IMG/VR virus record: IMGVR_UViG_3300027917_000023
Strand: one strand, 5' to 3'
DNA length: 64,000 nt
Source of the DNA: a virus
Numbering within the stretch: the stretch's first letter is position 1; the number at the start of each line of letters is the position of its first letter. This document shows positions 39,632-47,691 of this stretch, piece by piece. Below the pieces are notes generated by a model. The model was not told the DNA's origin. It worked only from the letters and a program-made list of their open reading frames with translations, and ran no database searches. Position numbers and translations under genes: made by a program.

Positions 39632-39845
39632 GGCTCTTTCGCTCAATTGCAGGGGTCTTTCCCTGTAGTGTTCTCTGCGCCTCGGGGCACCTGAATATGA
39701 TCTCGCTTTTGGCCCCATATTCACACGCCCCCTCTACGATGATCTCCGTGTCATGGTTTCCACACATAGCGCAGATCACCAAGAATTCTTTGTACAACGG
39801 CTCCGTGAATGCCTTGTTGTCCATCGTCCTACCTCTTTCGCTCAA
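39516..39845 (-). CDS. small zinc-finger protein (3' end likely shorter than ORF)
   Basis: CAMCGNHD...CEYG...RCPE Cys cluster in first 60 aa; rest of ORF is R/G-rich read-through. Confidence 0.3.
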   Translation of the reverse strand: MSERGRTMDNKAFTEPLYKEFLVICAMCGNHDTEIIVEGACEYGAKSEIIFRCPEAQRTLQGKTPAIERKSHDGRTDKRPGRNVIGPEGARRSGGLKVGRSILVRGFPR

Positions 39846-40114
39846 TTATAATAGTCGGCGATAAACATGGCGAAGTTCGCCACGTCTGCCGCTTCCTCGC
39901 GTATTTTGTCCTTCTTCCTCTCGTGCACGGCCACGGTCAACTCGGCCATTTCTTCACGAAGCCGGGTCATAAAAAATCCATGAACACCAGAAGGTGGCAA
40001 AGGATATGTGCAGTTTTTCCAGTGGCGGTCCCATCCACCGTAACCCCGGGCGCGGCCTATGTCCAATTTCCGCCGCATCTCATCAAGGAACTTCTTTTCC
40101 AGCCCTCGGTTCAT
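39842..40114 (-). CDS. MazG-like nucleotide pyrophosphohydrolase
   Basis: EEMAELTVA ... REEAADVANFAMFIADY matches EExxE / EExxD MazG helix pair. Confidence 0.5.
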   Translation of the reverse strand: MNRGLEKKFLDEMRRKLDIGRARGYGGWDRHWKNCTYPLPPSGVHGFFMTRLREEMAELTVAVHERKKDKIREEAADVANFAMFIADYYN

Positions 40115-40186
40115 CTCACTCCTCTCGTCTACTGCTTAAATCCAAATGGCTCAGGGTCTTCCGTAATATGCCTCGATACTATCGCG

Positions 40187-40564
40187 CTATTTGACCACCA
40201 TGGCCGTCGTGTCATCCGGGGCTTCCACGATCAGCACGGGGCTATATTTCCGCTCGTGCGTTTCAAACCTCATGGGCCAATCGGGTATGTCGTCGTCCTC
40301 CTCTGGCATGGTGACCCCGATCACCCACGTTGCCCCCTTGATGGGTTTGGGACAATACTGTGCGAAGATCACGAGTTCCCCGTCCTTGGAATTAAGTTGA
40401 TAGGCCGCACCGGTTTCGTAGCAGCCGATCTCTTCTGACTCATGCCCCTCCATTTCGAACAGGTCATCCGATGCCCCATAGAATCGAAATTCTCTCATGG
40501 TTTCATCCTCAAGAACGGTTATTTTGGTAAGGGGTACACCTCTAACAGCAACTTCTCGTTGCAC
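40187..40564 (-). CDS. hypothetical protein
   Basis: 125-aa ORF. Confidence 0.4.
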   Translation of the reverse strand: MQREVAVRGVPLTKITVLEDETMREFRFYGASDDLFEMEGHESEEIGCYETGAAYQLNSKDGELVIFAQYCPKPIKGATWVIGVTMPEEDDDIPDWPMRFETHERKYSPVLIVEAPDDTTAMVVK

Positions 40565-40746
40565 ATAATCTCGTCACCACGGTAATATCCCGCCGACTGT
40601 GCCTGGCAGGTTTGATGCCCACAATGAGGGCAATCCTCGGGATGTGCAGCTTTGCGGTACTCCAACAAAACCCACCCGATCACCTCGTGGTAAACAAGGC
40701 ATTTACCCTCTTTGTGCTTATGTATGTGGTATTTCTTTAGTTGCAT
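40519..40746 (-). CDS. small Cys/His zinc-binding protein
   Basis: HKHKEGKC ... CPHCGHQTCQ. Confidence 0.35.
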   Translation of the reverse strand: MQLKKYHIHKHKEGKCLVYHEVIGWVLLEYRKAAHPEDCPHCGHQTCQAQSAGYYRGDEIMCNEKLLLEVYPLPK

Positions 40747-41223
40747 CTATGCCTCTCTATTGTGCCAATCGTCGTGAAGATGTACATCGTCATTGATTAC
40801 CATGCCATCTTCATACCAATCATCTTCGTTGTCGATGTGGTATTCCTTGTCATCTGGATGTGGTCTGAGAACTAAATCAATTGCAGGATATTCCGGAGTA
40901 ACACCATCGAATATTCCCAATATTGAAAAAGCTAGCCCGCTCAATTTCTCGTGCGTAGTTAGTCTATCAACTTTGTCCCAATAATCTACATATGATCTTA
41001 TGATATCCAGAAGTTCTTTTCTTGCTTGCTCTTTTGCAATTGATTCCGACATTCTAATACTCCCTCTATTTTGTTTGTTTGAATCCTTCGCATTGACCGT
41101 CTTCGCCAATCTTACACCTTGACGGTATCTTGCACTTTCCCGTATTGCCGTTGGCAATACAGGCAAGACGCTTGCAAGGGAAGTTAGGCAACGCCCAATC
41201 TCTACTTCTCGGATAACCACCAT
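40747..41223 (-). CDS. hypothetical protein
   Basis: 158-aa ORF. Confidence 0.4.
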   Translation of the reverse strand: MVVIREVEIGRCLTSLASVLPVLPTAIRESARYRQGVRLAKTVNAKDSNKQNRGSIRMSESIAKEQARKELLDIIRSYVDYWDKVDRLTTHEKLSGLAFSILGIFDGVTPEYPAIDLVLRPHPDDKEYHIDNEDDWYEDGMVINDDVHLHDDWHNREA

Positions 41224-41247
41224 CCTTTGGCATCAATCCATTCTTCT

Positions 41248-41673
41248 TCATGACTTTTCCCCAATTGGCCAAGCTTCACTTAGAAGGCTTGGCCTGTTAG
41301 GCTGAGTATTTGCGAAATCACCAACATAAAACAAAGCTCGCACCCAATCTTCAGGTTTGGTCCTAGCGAAGATCACGAAGCCGATCACATCGCCTTTTAG
41401 ACGCTTCTTGATGCTATTCATCGCTTTGCCAGTAGTCCACACATCATCAACGAGCAAGAGCGGATATTTAGGCCCCTCTTCATATTGTTTCAATGCATTG
41501 GCTAGACGAGAACCACCCTTTGGAACACCAAGTACTTTGCTGAAAATAATCCTTCTACCTACAAATTTGGCAATCTCATTAATATCCGCATCCGTTAGGG
41601 AATCGCAATCGATTTTAAAATCACTTTCACCACCTGCGTGAAGAGTAAAGTAGCCATTGATTAGGATAGTCAT
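41248..41673 (-). CDS. type I phosphoribosyltransferase-domain protein
   Basis: PRPP-binding motif LLLVDDVWTTGKA. Confidence 0.6.
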   Translation of the reverse strand: MTILINGYFTLHAGGESDFKIDCDSLTDADINEIAKFVGRRIIFSKVLGVPKGGSRLANALKQYEEGPKYPLLLVDDVWTTGKAMNSIKKRLKGDVIGFVIFARTKPEDWVRALFYVGDFANTQPNRPSLLSEAWPIGEKS

Positions 41674-41683
41674 TTGAATCCTC

Positions 41684-42346
41684 CTAAGTGTAAGTCAAAT
41701 AAACCGCTTTCTCACTATCAGTCGGATCCCAAATAGCCAATAGGTATGTAAAAACATCTCGATGCAATACTAACAATGGATCAGCCAACTTGCTACTAGG
41801 AATTTCCTCTAGCGTCCATGAATTCAGCTTCCTCTCAGATATGATGAAGATTTCACCAGAGTCCAAAACAGGAGTAAGAGATTTCAGCAAGGACTTTACA
41901 GATTTCGGCAAGAGACCTATATACGACGTAGTTAAAACCGCAGGCTGACTATAGGATCGATCACGCTGATAAAGCTCTTCACGAACATCCTGAAAGTAAT
42001 CCTCATAAGGTGACTTGGGCTGCATATAATATCTCCCATACTCACTTTCTTCGTTAAATGCCTCAGTGCTAAATATTCTCATGATGTTAGACTTGAGACT
42101 AAACACTCCATACTTAGGAATAGGAAGTGGAACTGTCTCCACGTGGTTCACCTCCCTTGTCGCTAATGTCCCTTTAAGTCTGGTCTTCAAGAACCCCATA
42201 TCAATAACTGGAAACATACTGGACAAGATGGTATGGAACTCTACACCTTCAGCGCTCTTTAACGATTCTATAGTACATTCCAGTGAGTGCAGATTGCTGG
42301 TATCAATACTCCTCTTGATCTCTCTTCTAACTTTAGGCATCTGCAT
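41684..42346 (-). CDS. hypothetical protein
   Basis: 220-aa ORF. Confidence 0.45.
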   Translation of the reverse strand: MQMPKVRREIKRSIDTSNLHSLECTIESLKSAEGVEFHTILSSMFPVIDMGFLKTRLKGTLATREVNHVETVPLPIPKYGVFSLKSNIMRIFSTEAFNEESEYGRYYMQPKSPYEDYFQDVREELYQRDRSYSQPAVLTTSYIGLLPKSVKSLLKSLTPVLDSGEIFIISERKLNSWTLEEIPSSKLADPLLVLHRDVFTYLLAIWDPTDSEKAVYLTYT

Positions 42347-42348
42347 CG

Positions 42349-42954
42349 CTACCTCCTCGCAAGAAACTCAGGAACTTTCCGGTGCACCTGGACGACGCGT
42401 GGATCGCCAGCAGTTTTGTATTTCTCGACCAACTCAAGTATGGACGGGAATGATTCTGGATCGTACATGTTAAATATGACGGTACCGCATTTGGCCATTG
42501 TTGGTGTATCCAAATCAGGTGTATAAATTTTAATTTCTGTGTCATAAATTGCCATGTGTATCTTGAACTTGTTAATTATAAGCACCATCATGTCGCCTGA
42601 GATATTGTGTGCAGCAATGTCATGCTGAGCCAAAAATTCAGCAACTGCGCATTTTAATTCGTTGTTTGGATCTACCCACCCACCGGTAGACGTGTAAATA
42701 GTATCGCCAATACACATAGTCCCATCGCCAATGCGCTGCAATACTGCATCAGAAACAGTCCAACCGCTATGTATGTTGACCCAATATTCGTTGATGACCT
42801 CTATGAAGTCTTCTATTTCAATGTTCATACTCATATCCAGCAGTTCTTTAACATCACTATAAAACATCACAAGCGGGACAATATAATCATCTACAGTGCA
42901 CACTAACTTTTTGCCAATGTCAAGCACAAACCCACTAGTGCTCTTGTGCTTCAC
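42349..42954 (-). CDS. hypothetical protein
   Basis: 201-aa ORF. Confidence 0.45.
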   Translation of the reverse strand: MKHKSTSGFVLDIGKKLVCTVDDYIVPLVMFYSDVKELLDMSMNIEIEDFIEVINEYWVNIHSGWTVSDAVLQRIGDGTMCIGDTIYTSTGGWVDPNNELKCAVAEFLAQHDIAAHNISGDMMVLIINKFKIHMAIYDTEIKIYTPDLDTPTMAKCGTVIFNMYDPESFPSILELVEKYKTAGDPRVVQVHRKVPEFLARR

Positions 42955-43028
42955 TACTACCCCTCCAGAGATTCACTCTTCGCCGGGTGCACCTCAAACC
43001 CACGATATGGTCGCTCATAGGTGCATTG

Positions 43029-43109
43029 GATCTTTCCGCACTCGCCGCATTCTGCGCCGTTCATAAGGTCATTCCTATCGCCAATACTACGATTATGATT
43101 GCAATCGCG
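43029..43109. repeat. 81-bp direct repeat copy A (leader plus first 13 codons of a MNGAECGECGK gene)
   Basis: Identical by eye to 43424..43504. Confidence 0.8.
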
Positions 43110-43121
43110 TATACATTTTTG

Positions 43122-43400
43122 CTACTTCCAGAATTGCCACCACTTCTTTTCTTCAGTTAAAGGCCGTACCAATAAAGGCCGTACCAACTCAGCCAATACT
43201 TTTCTATCCGCAGGCTCTAATTTCCCTTTGGTCTCTATTCTATCAAGTTGGAGGAGAATTCCCTTCATGGCAAGCAACTGTTTTTGTTCAACACTACGAT
43301 AATCTTCTTCTAGTTGATGGCGAATGAGAGCTAGCTCCTGGGGATACCGGTCGCAGGTGCATTGAACCTTCCCACATTTCCCGCATTCTGCACCGTTCAT
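43122..43400 (-). CDS. small Cys-motif protein (MNGAECGKCGK...), member of a locally duplicated family
   Basis: 92 aa; its 5' end is a diverged copy of the 81-bp repeat. Confidence 0.45.
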   Translation of the reverse strand: MNGAECGKCGKVQCTCDRYPQELALIRHQLEEDYRSVEQKQLLAMKGILLQLDRIETKGKLEPADRKVLAELVRPLLVRPLTEEKKWWQFWK

Positions 43401-43423
43401 TTGCAGATCTCCTCAATAAAACC

Positions 43424-43504
43424 GATCTTTCCGCACTCGCCGCATTCTGCGCCGTTCATAAGGTCATTCCTATCGCCAATACTACGATTATGATTGCAAT
43501 CGCG
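43424..43504. repeat. 81-bp direct repeat copy B
   Basis: Identical to 43029..43109; encodes a truncated 20-aa MNGAECGECGKIGFIEEICK peptide. Confidence 0.8.
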
Positions 43505-43764
43505 CACAGCAATATCACCCACCCAGGCAATTTAGGCCCGTCTTGAATGACTCTCAATTCGGGCTTTTTGGTGGCTGCCCCCCTGCTAATTCTCTCGTTC
43601 GTGAAAGGCCCAGGGGTAAGGTTAAACTCCGCTCCACACCCATCGCATTTAATATTCACGGAGAGTCCACCTCGCGGCCCCTGCAAGAAAGCCTTAGACC
43701 CGCAGTCAGGACACCGCCCCTTGTCGAGAGTCTTGGATGCCTTTGGGTCGAGATCTTCGATCAT
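43456..43764 (-). CDS. zinc-ribbon protein with C-terminal membrane anchor
   Basis: CPDCG...CDGCG; C-terminal WVILLCAIAIIIVVLAIGMTL. Confidence 0.4.
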   Translation of the reverse strand: MIEDLDPKASKTLDKGRCPDCGSKAFLQGPRGGLSVNIKCDGCGAEFNLTPGPFTNERISRGAATKKPELRVIQDGPKLPGWVILLCAIAIIIVVLAIGMTL

Positions 43765-43883
43765 CTGCGGATCTCCTCAATGCGAAGCTCCTCAAGACCA
43801 ATTATGATACGCCAACTCTTCAAATATCTCAAACTCATCCAGTCTTGTCTGTGTCAAAAACCATTAACTCTTCTCCTCAACTG

Positions 43884-44165
43884 TTAGGGCGCGATCCCTT
43901 CATTCCATGAGTATGTCTCTGGCCCATCTTCACCCTTGCAGTAGTCGTGCACCCAGGTGGCGTAATCGTGGCCGAGCAGTTCACGGACCATTTGGTCAAT
44001 CACCCACGCCTTGTAGGCTCCGTCCGTTTGGGCGAATCGATACGCCACATCCAGGGCGCAACGGATTCTCTCGTCAAGGTCTTCCACATTATCCGGTAGC
44101 ATGCTCTCCCTCCTTTTTGCTACACTCCCCTCACATAGCTTTATGGCATCTTTGGTCTCAGTCAT
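43884..44165 (-). CDS. hypothetical protein
   Basis: 93-aa ORF. Confidence 0.4.
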   Translation of the reverse strand: MTETKDAIKLCEGSVAKRRESMLPDNVEDLDERIRCALDVAYRFAQTDGAYKAWVIDQMVRELLGHDYATWVHDYCKGEDGPETYSWNEGIAP

Positions 44166-44447
44166 TTCATTATATTATATAGGACTAATGTTATACTGCT
44201 GATACCCAACAGCAATCCAGCCGAGCCAAGCACTAATCCGAAGACCAACTTGCACTTGGTCTTCTCGCCGACATGCGATAACAGCGAGACTAAAGCGCAC
44301 GTCAGTCCGGTTAGTCCCAAATATAGAGCTGTCATTTGCCTTTCTCCAGGATCTCTCTTATTTCCTTTTTATTCTGCTCTTTTCCAATAAACCACCGCGT
44401 CGATCCACGTCAGTGCCTCGACGCTAACAAAGTTGATTCCCATATTG

Positions 44448-45266
44448 TCAGGGAAGGCCTTGAGAGGAGTCTCTTCGGTCATCAGGCAGTTTCACCGTCG
44501 TCTCCGTCCTAGCGAACTTGGTGATCGAGCCGTCCTGTTCCACCACAGCACAGATAGGACCCCATCCTTTAAACTTGCCCTCCGGAATCGCGCCTAGGAT
44601 GCCGTTAATGAGCCCAAGAGGGCGAATGCGATTCGACCCATCCTCGGATTTCCCAACCTGAATATCAGGGTCATCAACCATGGTGTCATTACAGGACACT
44701 TCATGCTCAATGAAAGCACGGCAGGCATCCGGATCAGTCTTCAGGAAACGGTTCATCACATCGATTGCCTTGTCTATTGAGTCCATCGTTACTCCTCGTT
44801 TAAATCTCTTCTGTATTCTCTTGAACATCTCTTCGTTGGAGATTGTGCGGCCTGCGCGGATGTCGGCCATCCCACGCTCTACTAAGGTATGAATGGCCCC
44901 CTGGAGGAGTTCCTGTAAGACCACGCCCGTATTTGTCTCAACTTGGACAGCCCGGTCATCCCACAATTCGAGCATATTGTAATCTTTCTCGTTGGTCACT
45001 TCGAGGCGCTTCCCGACATGCTCTTCACACCAATCCTGAATTTCTTGCCTCATCGCCTCGATCTTCTCGGGTGTGTCGCTCACACGAGTCGGGTCAGGCC
45101 TCCCGACGCGGGCGGTCATGATCTTAACTTCTTTTCCCTCAGCCAACCATTTCTTGACTCGTTCAACCATTTCAGGAATGGGAGCGCCTATCTTGCCGCC
45201 ATTCCAACCACCATAGACAGCCAAAGTGCCATCTAGATCTACACCTATCCAGCCTTGTTCAGTCAT
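44448..45266 (-). CDS. HAD-superfamily phosphatase domain protein
   Basis: GVDLDGTL (motif I DxDGT), IMTAR (motif II), WDDR (motif IV-like). Confidence 0.55.
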   Translation of the reverse strand: MTEQGWIGVDLDGTLAVYGGWNGGKIGAPIPEMVERVKKWLAEGKEVKIMTARVGRPDPTRVSDTPEKIEAMRQEIQDWCEEHVGKRLEVTNEKDYNMLELWDDRAVQVETNTGVVLQELLQGAIHTLVERGMADIRAGRTISNEEMFKRIQKRFKRGVTMDSIDKAIDVMNRFLKTDPDACRAFIEHEVSCNDTMVDDPDIQVGKSEDGSNRIRPLGLINGILGAIPEGKFKGWGPICAVVEQDGSITKFARTETTVKLPDDRRDSSQGLP

Positions 45267-45330
45267 TAGCTGGCTCCTGATCTTGTTCTATCGGCTCCGC
45301 AAGAAGTTTGGCGATGTGGGGATGGATCTC

Positions 45331-45636
45331 CTAGACATGGGCGTAGCACTTCTTAATAATTTTCAGGATCCTCGGAAACGTCTCTGGATCATGCAAATCA
45401 TAAACATCGTCAGACACGCCCGCGTTCAGTCTCACGCTACTCGCAATCGCCATAATTATGCATGGGTGTGGTCTGCTTTCTGCTCTAATAACAGCAAACA
45501 CTTGATCAAGATCTTTTGTCTGATTGCGGATTCCAATATAACCATGAACTGTCTGATTGCGGATTCCAATATAACCATGAACGCGAGGAACCACATTCAC
45601 TCCATTCTCTTTAAGCCATTCGGCTAATTCATCCAA
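45331..45636 (-). CDS. hypothetical protein containing an in-frame 33-bp tandem duplication
   Basis: VHGYIGIRNQT repeated twice, encoded by the tandem copy at 45518..45583. Confidence 0.4.
   Translation of the reverse strand: MDELAEWLKENGVNVVPRVHGYIGIRNQTVHGYIGIRNQTKDLDQVFAVIRAESRPHPCIIMAIASSVRLNAGVSDDVYDLHDPETFPRILKIIKKCYAHV
45518..45583. repeat. perfect 33-bp tandem duplication inside a CDS
   Basis: gtctgattgcggattccaatataaccatgaac x2. Confidence 0.8.
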
Positions 45637-45755
45637 TAGATTATGTTTCGTTTCCTCGTCTATTCTACCGGCTCCTCAGCATTTCCACCAAATGTAAGCC
45701 CAGTGCTACATCAACAAACCCAGAAGTATACAGACGATCAACCACGGGAATTCAG

Positions 45756-46034
45756 TCATCTCTCCTCATCTATCGGCTCCGCCATCTTCGACACCAATTC
45801 AGGAAATTGTTCGGCTATATCTTCTAAGATTTCGAAAGGATCCAAGCCGGGGCCGGTCGTACCATAAAATCCGCCTGGGGTACTAGCACTCCAAGCATAG
45901 TAGTTGCTGCTATCGTATCTGCGAACCTCCAGAGCGCCGCCATTGATTCGAATATGCCAAGCCATATAGCCTTTACGGAAAGGATAGTAGTCTTCGCAGA
46001 TGCGATCCAAGACTTCGGTTGCCTCGTCATCCAT
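45756..46034 (-). CDS. hypothetical protein
   Basis: 92-aa ORF overlapping tdk by 8 bp. Confidence 0.4.
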   Translation of the reverse strand: MDDEATEVLDRICEDYYPFRKGYMAWHIRINGGALEVRRYDSSNYYAWSASTPGGFYGTTGPGLDPFEILEDIAEQFPELVSKMAEPIDEER

Positions 46035-46551
46035 TTAAATAGCAAGTCCTGCAAAGGGTCGTGTACTTATCCTTCCCCCCGACCTCGACATCACCTTCTT
46101 TGTTGCCCGCCTTGAAGTAAGAAAATGTGCCCATTTCTGACCCGCATTTAGTGCAGATCGCCGTCAGCATGTCGATGGAATCGCACAGAGGGATGAGGCT
46201 TTGGATAGGTGCGAAGGGTGTTCTTTCTGAGGTCCCGTTCAGCCCACACGCAATCACGGTGCATTTCTGAGCCAGGTGATCGACCTCTGCTGCAAATTGT
46301 GGATAGTCGAAGAATTGTGCCTCATCTACCCCGATCACATCGCCTTTCGAGTGCTCAATTTCAAAAATGCCATTCACGAAATGAATCGGGAATAGAAATG
46401 CCTTGTTGTCGTGCGTCAGATGGCCTCTAGTATCCGTCTTGGGGCGCAGCAACACCACCCTCTTGCCAGCGATACTAGCCCTCTCAAGCCGCCTGATAAG
46501 CTCCGAAGTCTTGCCAGAGAACATTGGGCCTAAAATCAATTGAAGCGTCAC
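46027..46551 (-). CDS. tdk: thymidine kinase
   Basis: GPMFSGKT P-loop, VIGVDEAQFF, C-terminal CxxC...CxxC zinc ribbon typical of type II TK. Confidence 0.9.
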   Translation of the reverse strand: MTLQLILGPMFSGKTSELIRRLERASIAGKRVVLLRPKTDTRGHLTHDNKAFLFPIHFVNGIFEIEHSKGDVIGVDEAQFFDYPQFAAEVDHLAQKCTVIACGLNGTSERTPFAPIQSLIPLCDSIDMLTAICTKCGSEMGTFSYFKAGNKEGDVEVGGKDKYTTLCRTCYLNG

Positions 46552-47024
46552 TTGCGAAGCTCCTCAAGATCAATCATGATATGATTCTCATCCGTCTTTG
46601 GATCCAGCCATCGAAATGTATCGCCGTGCTCCTCTGACCACGTGATCACATCCGGCAATGGGTAGCCCAGCGCGATCCCTGTGACTTTATGTTTATCAAC
46701 CGGGGGTAGGTTGCTATCACGCACCCATTTAGCCAATCTAGCAATGTCTTTATTCTCCGGCAAGAATGCAATATCATGCCAGATGGTCAAGCCGTTCTTC
46801 GCCGCCAATTCCTCTCTATAATCTTTCCTAAATCCAGTGACTAATGGCTTCTTGCCCTCGGCGGTCTTGGCGAATTGGGTCTTGGCCGTACTGCCGTAAC
46901 TCCAATATCGGGTCTTCCAATCCATGGCCTTATCGAAGGCCCTCTTGTGGCAGGCAGGGATGGACTTGCGGAGGTAGGCGAGATCTTGTTTGGCTTGAGC
47001 GATGGCGGCTTGCTTAGGGGTCAT
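46548..47024 (-). CDS. hypothetical protein
   Basis: 158-aa ORF, coupled to tdk. Confidence 0.45.
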   Translation of the reverse strand: MTPKQAAIAQAKQDLAYLRKSIPACHKRAFDKAMDWKTRYWSYGSTAKTQFAKTAEGKKPLVTGFRKDYREELAAKNGLTIWHDIAFLPENKDIARLAKWVRDSNLPPVDKHKVTGIALGYPLPDVITWSEEHGDTFRWLDPKTDENHIMIDLEELRK

Positions 47025-47599
47025 TTGCGGAGCTCCTCGATGATGGCGAGCATGTCTGCGTTAGTGTGATTCCGTTTCCCGATATTGATGAATTTGCAGA
47101 CCAGCTGAATATTACCCTTCACATGTCCTTGCTCCGGGTCAATTCGGTCGATAGAGACAGATTTCAACTCACCAAACTTGTGTATCATTGAAATACCTGT
47201 TAGGGCGCAACACCCATTCTGCGATTCCCACAAATCCATAACGTAATCTATGTCAATATCCCACATACGTCTGTTGGGATCTTTGGGATCATGCGGGCCT
47301 GGCTTCTTGGAACGAGAGCGGATGCCACTGAGTTGTTTTGACAAGAAAATGCGAGGATTTTTCTCATATCTGGCTTTCAACTGTGCTTTCCCTCCTCTGT
47401 TGTGATAATGATCACGAGTTGTGGCCTGGTATTGTTCTCTGTTAGTATCTTTCCAATCCTTAATTTGCTTAGCAATCTTGTGTTTGTTCTTCCGCCTATA
47501 ATTTTTCATGTATTCCGTGTTGCATGTCTTACATATATTAGCATTATGCACGAATTCGACATCGACTTCTTTAGCGCTGCACACTCTACACTTTTTCAT
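47021..47599 (-). CDS. HNH-family endonuclease (free-standing, degenerate HNH)
   Basis: CCALTG...SIDRIDP...GNIQLVCKFINIGK resembles Cx2C...DHxxP...N..LxxxCxxCN..K; N-terminal CRVC...CKTC zinc finger. Confidence 0.5.
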   Translation of the reverse strand: MKKCRVCSAKEVDVEFVHNANICKTCNTEYMKNYRRKNKHKIAKQIKDWKDTNREQYQATTRDHYHNRGGKAQLKARYEKNPRIFLSKQLSGIRSRSKKPGPHDPKDPNRRMWDIDIDYVMDLWESQNGCCALTGISMIHKFGELKSVSIDRIDPEQGHVKGNIQLVCKFINIGKRNHTNADMLAIIEELRK

Positions 47600-47630
47600 G
47601 CTACTTTTAAAATACGGTAAAAAGTTAGGA

Positions 47631-47665
47631 GGGACAAAAAAAGAGCCCCGATTTCTCGGGGCTCT
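47631..47665 (-). terminator. rho-independent terminator downstream of major capsid gene
   Basis: 9-bp perfect stem agagccccg/cggggctct with 6-nt loop, followed on the minus transcript by UUUUUUUG. Confidence 0.75.
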
Positions 47666-47691
47666 AGATTGTACGCAGTGAGGATTTCCGC

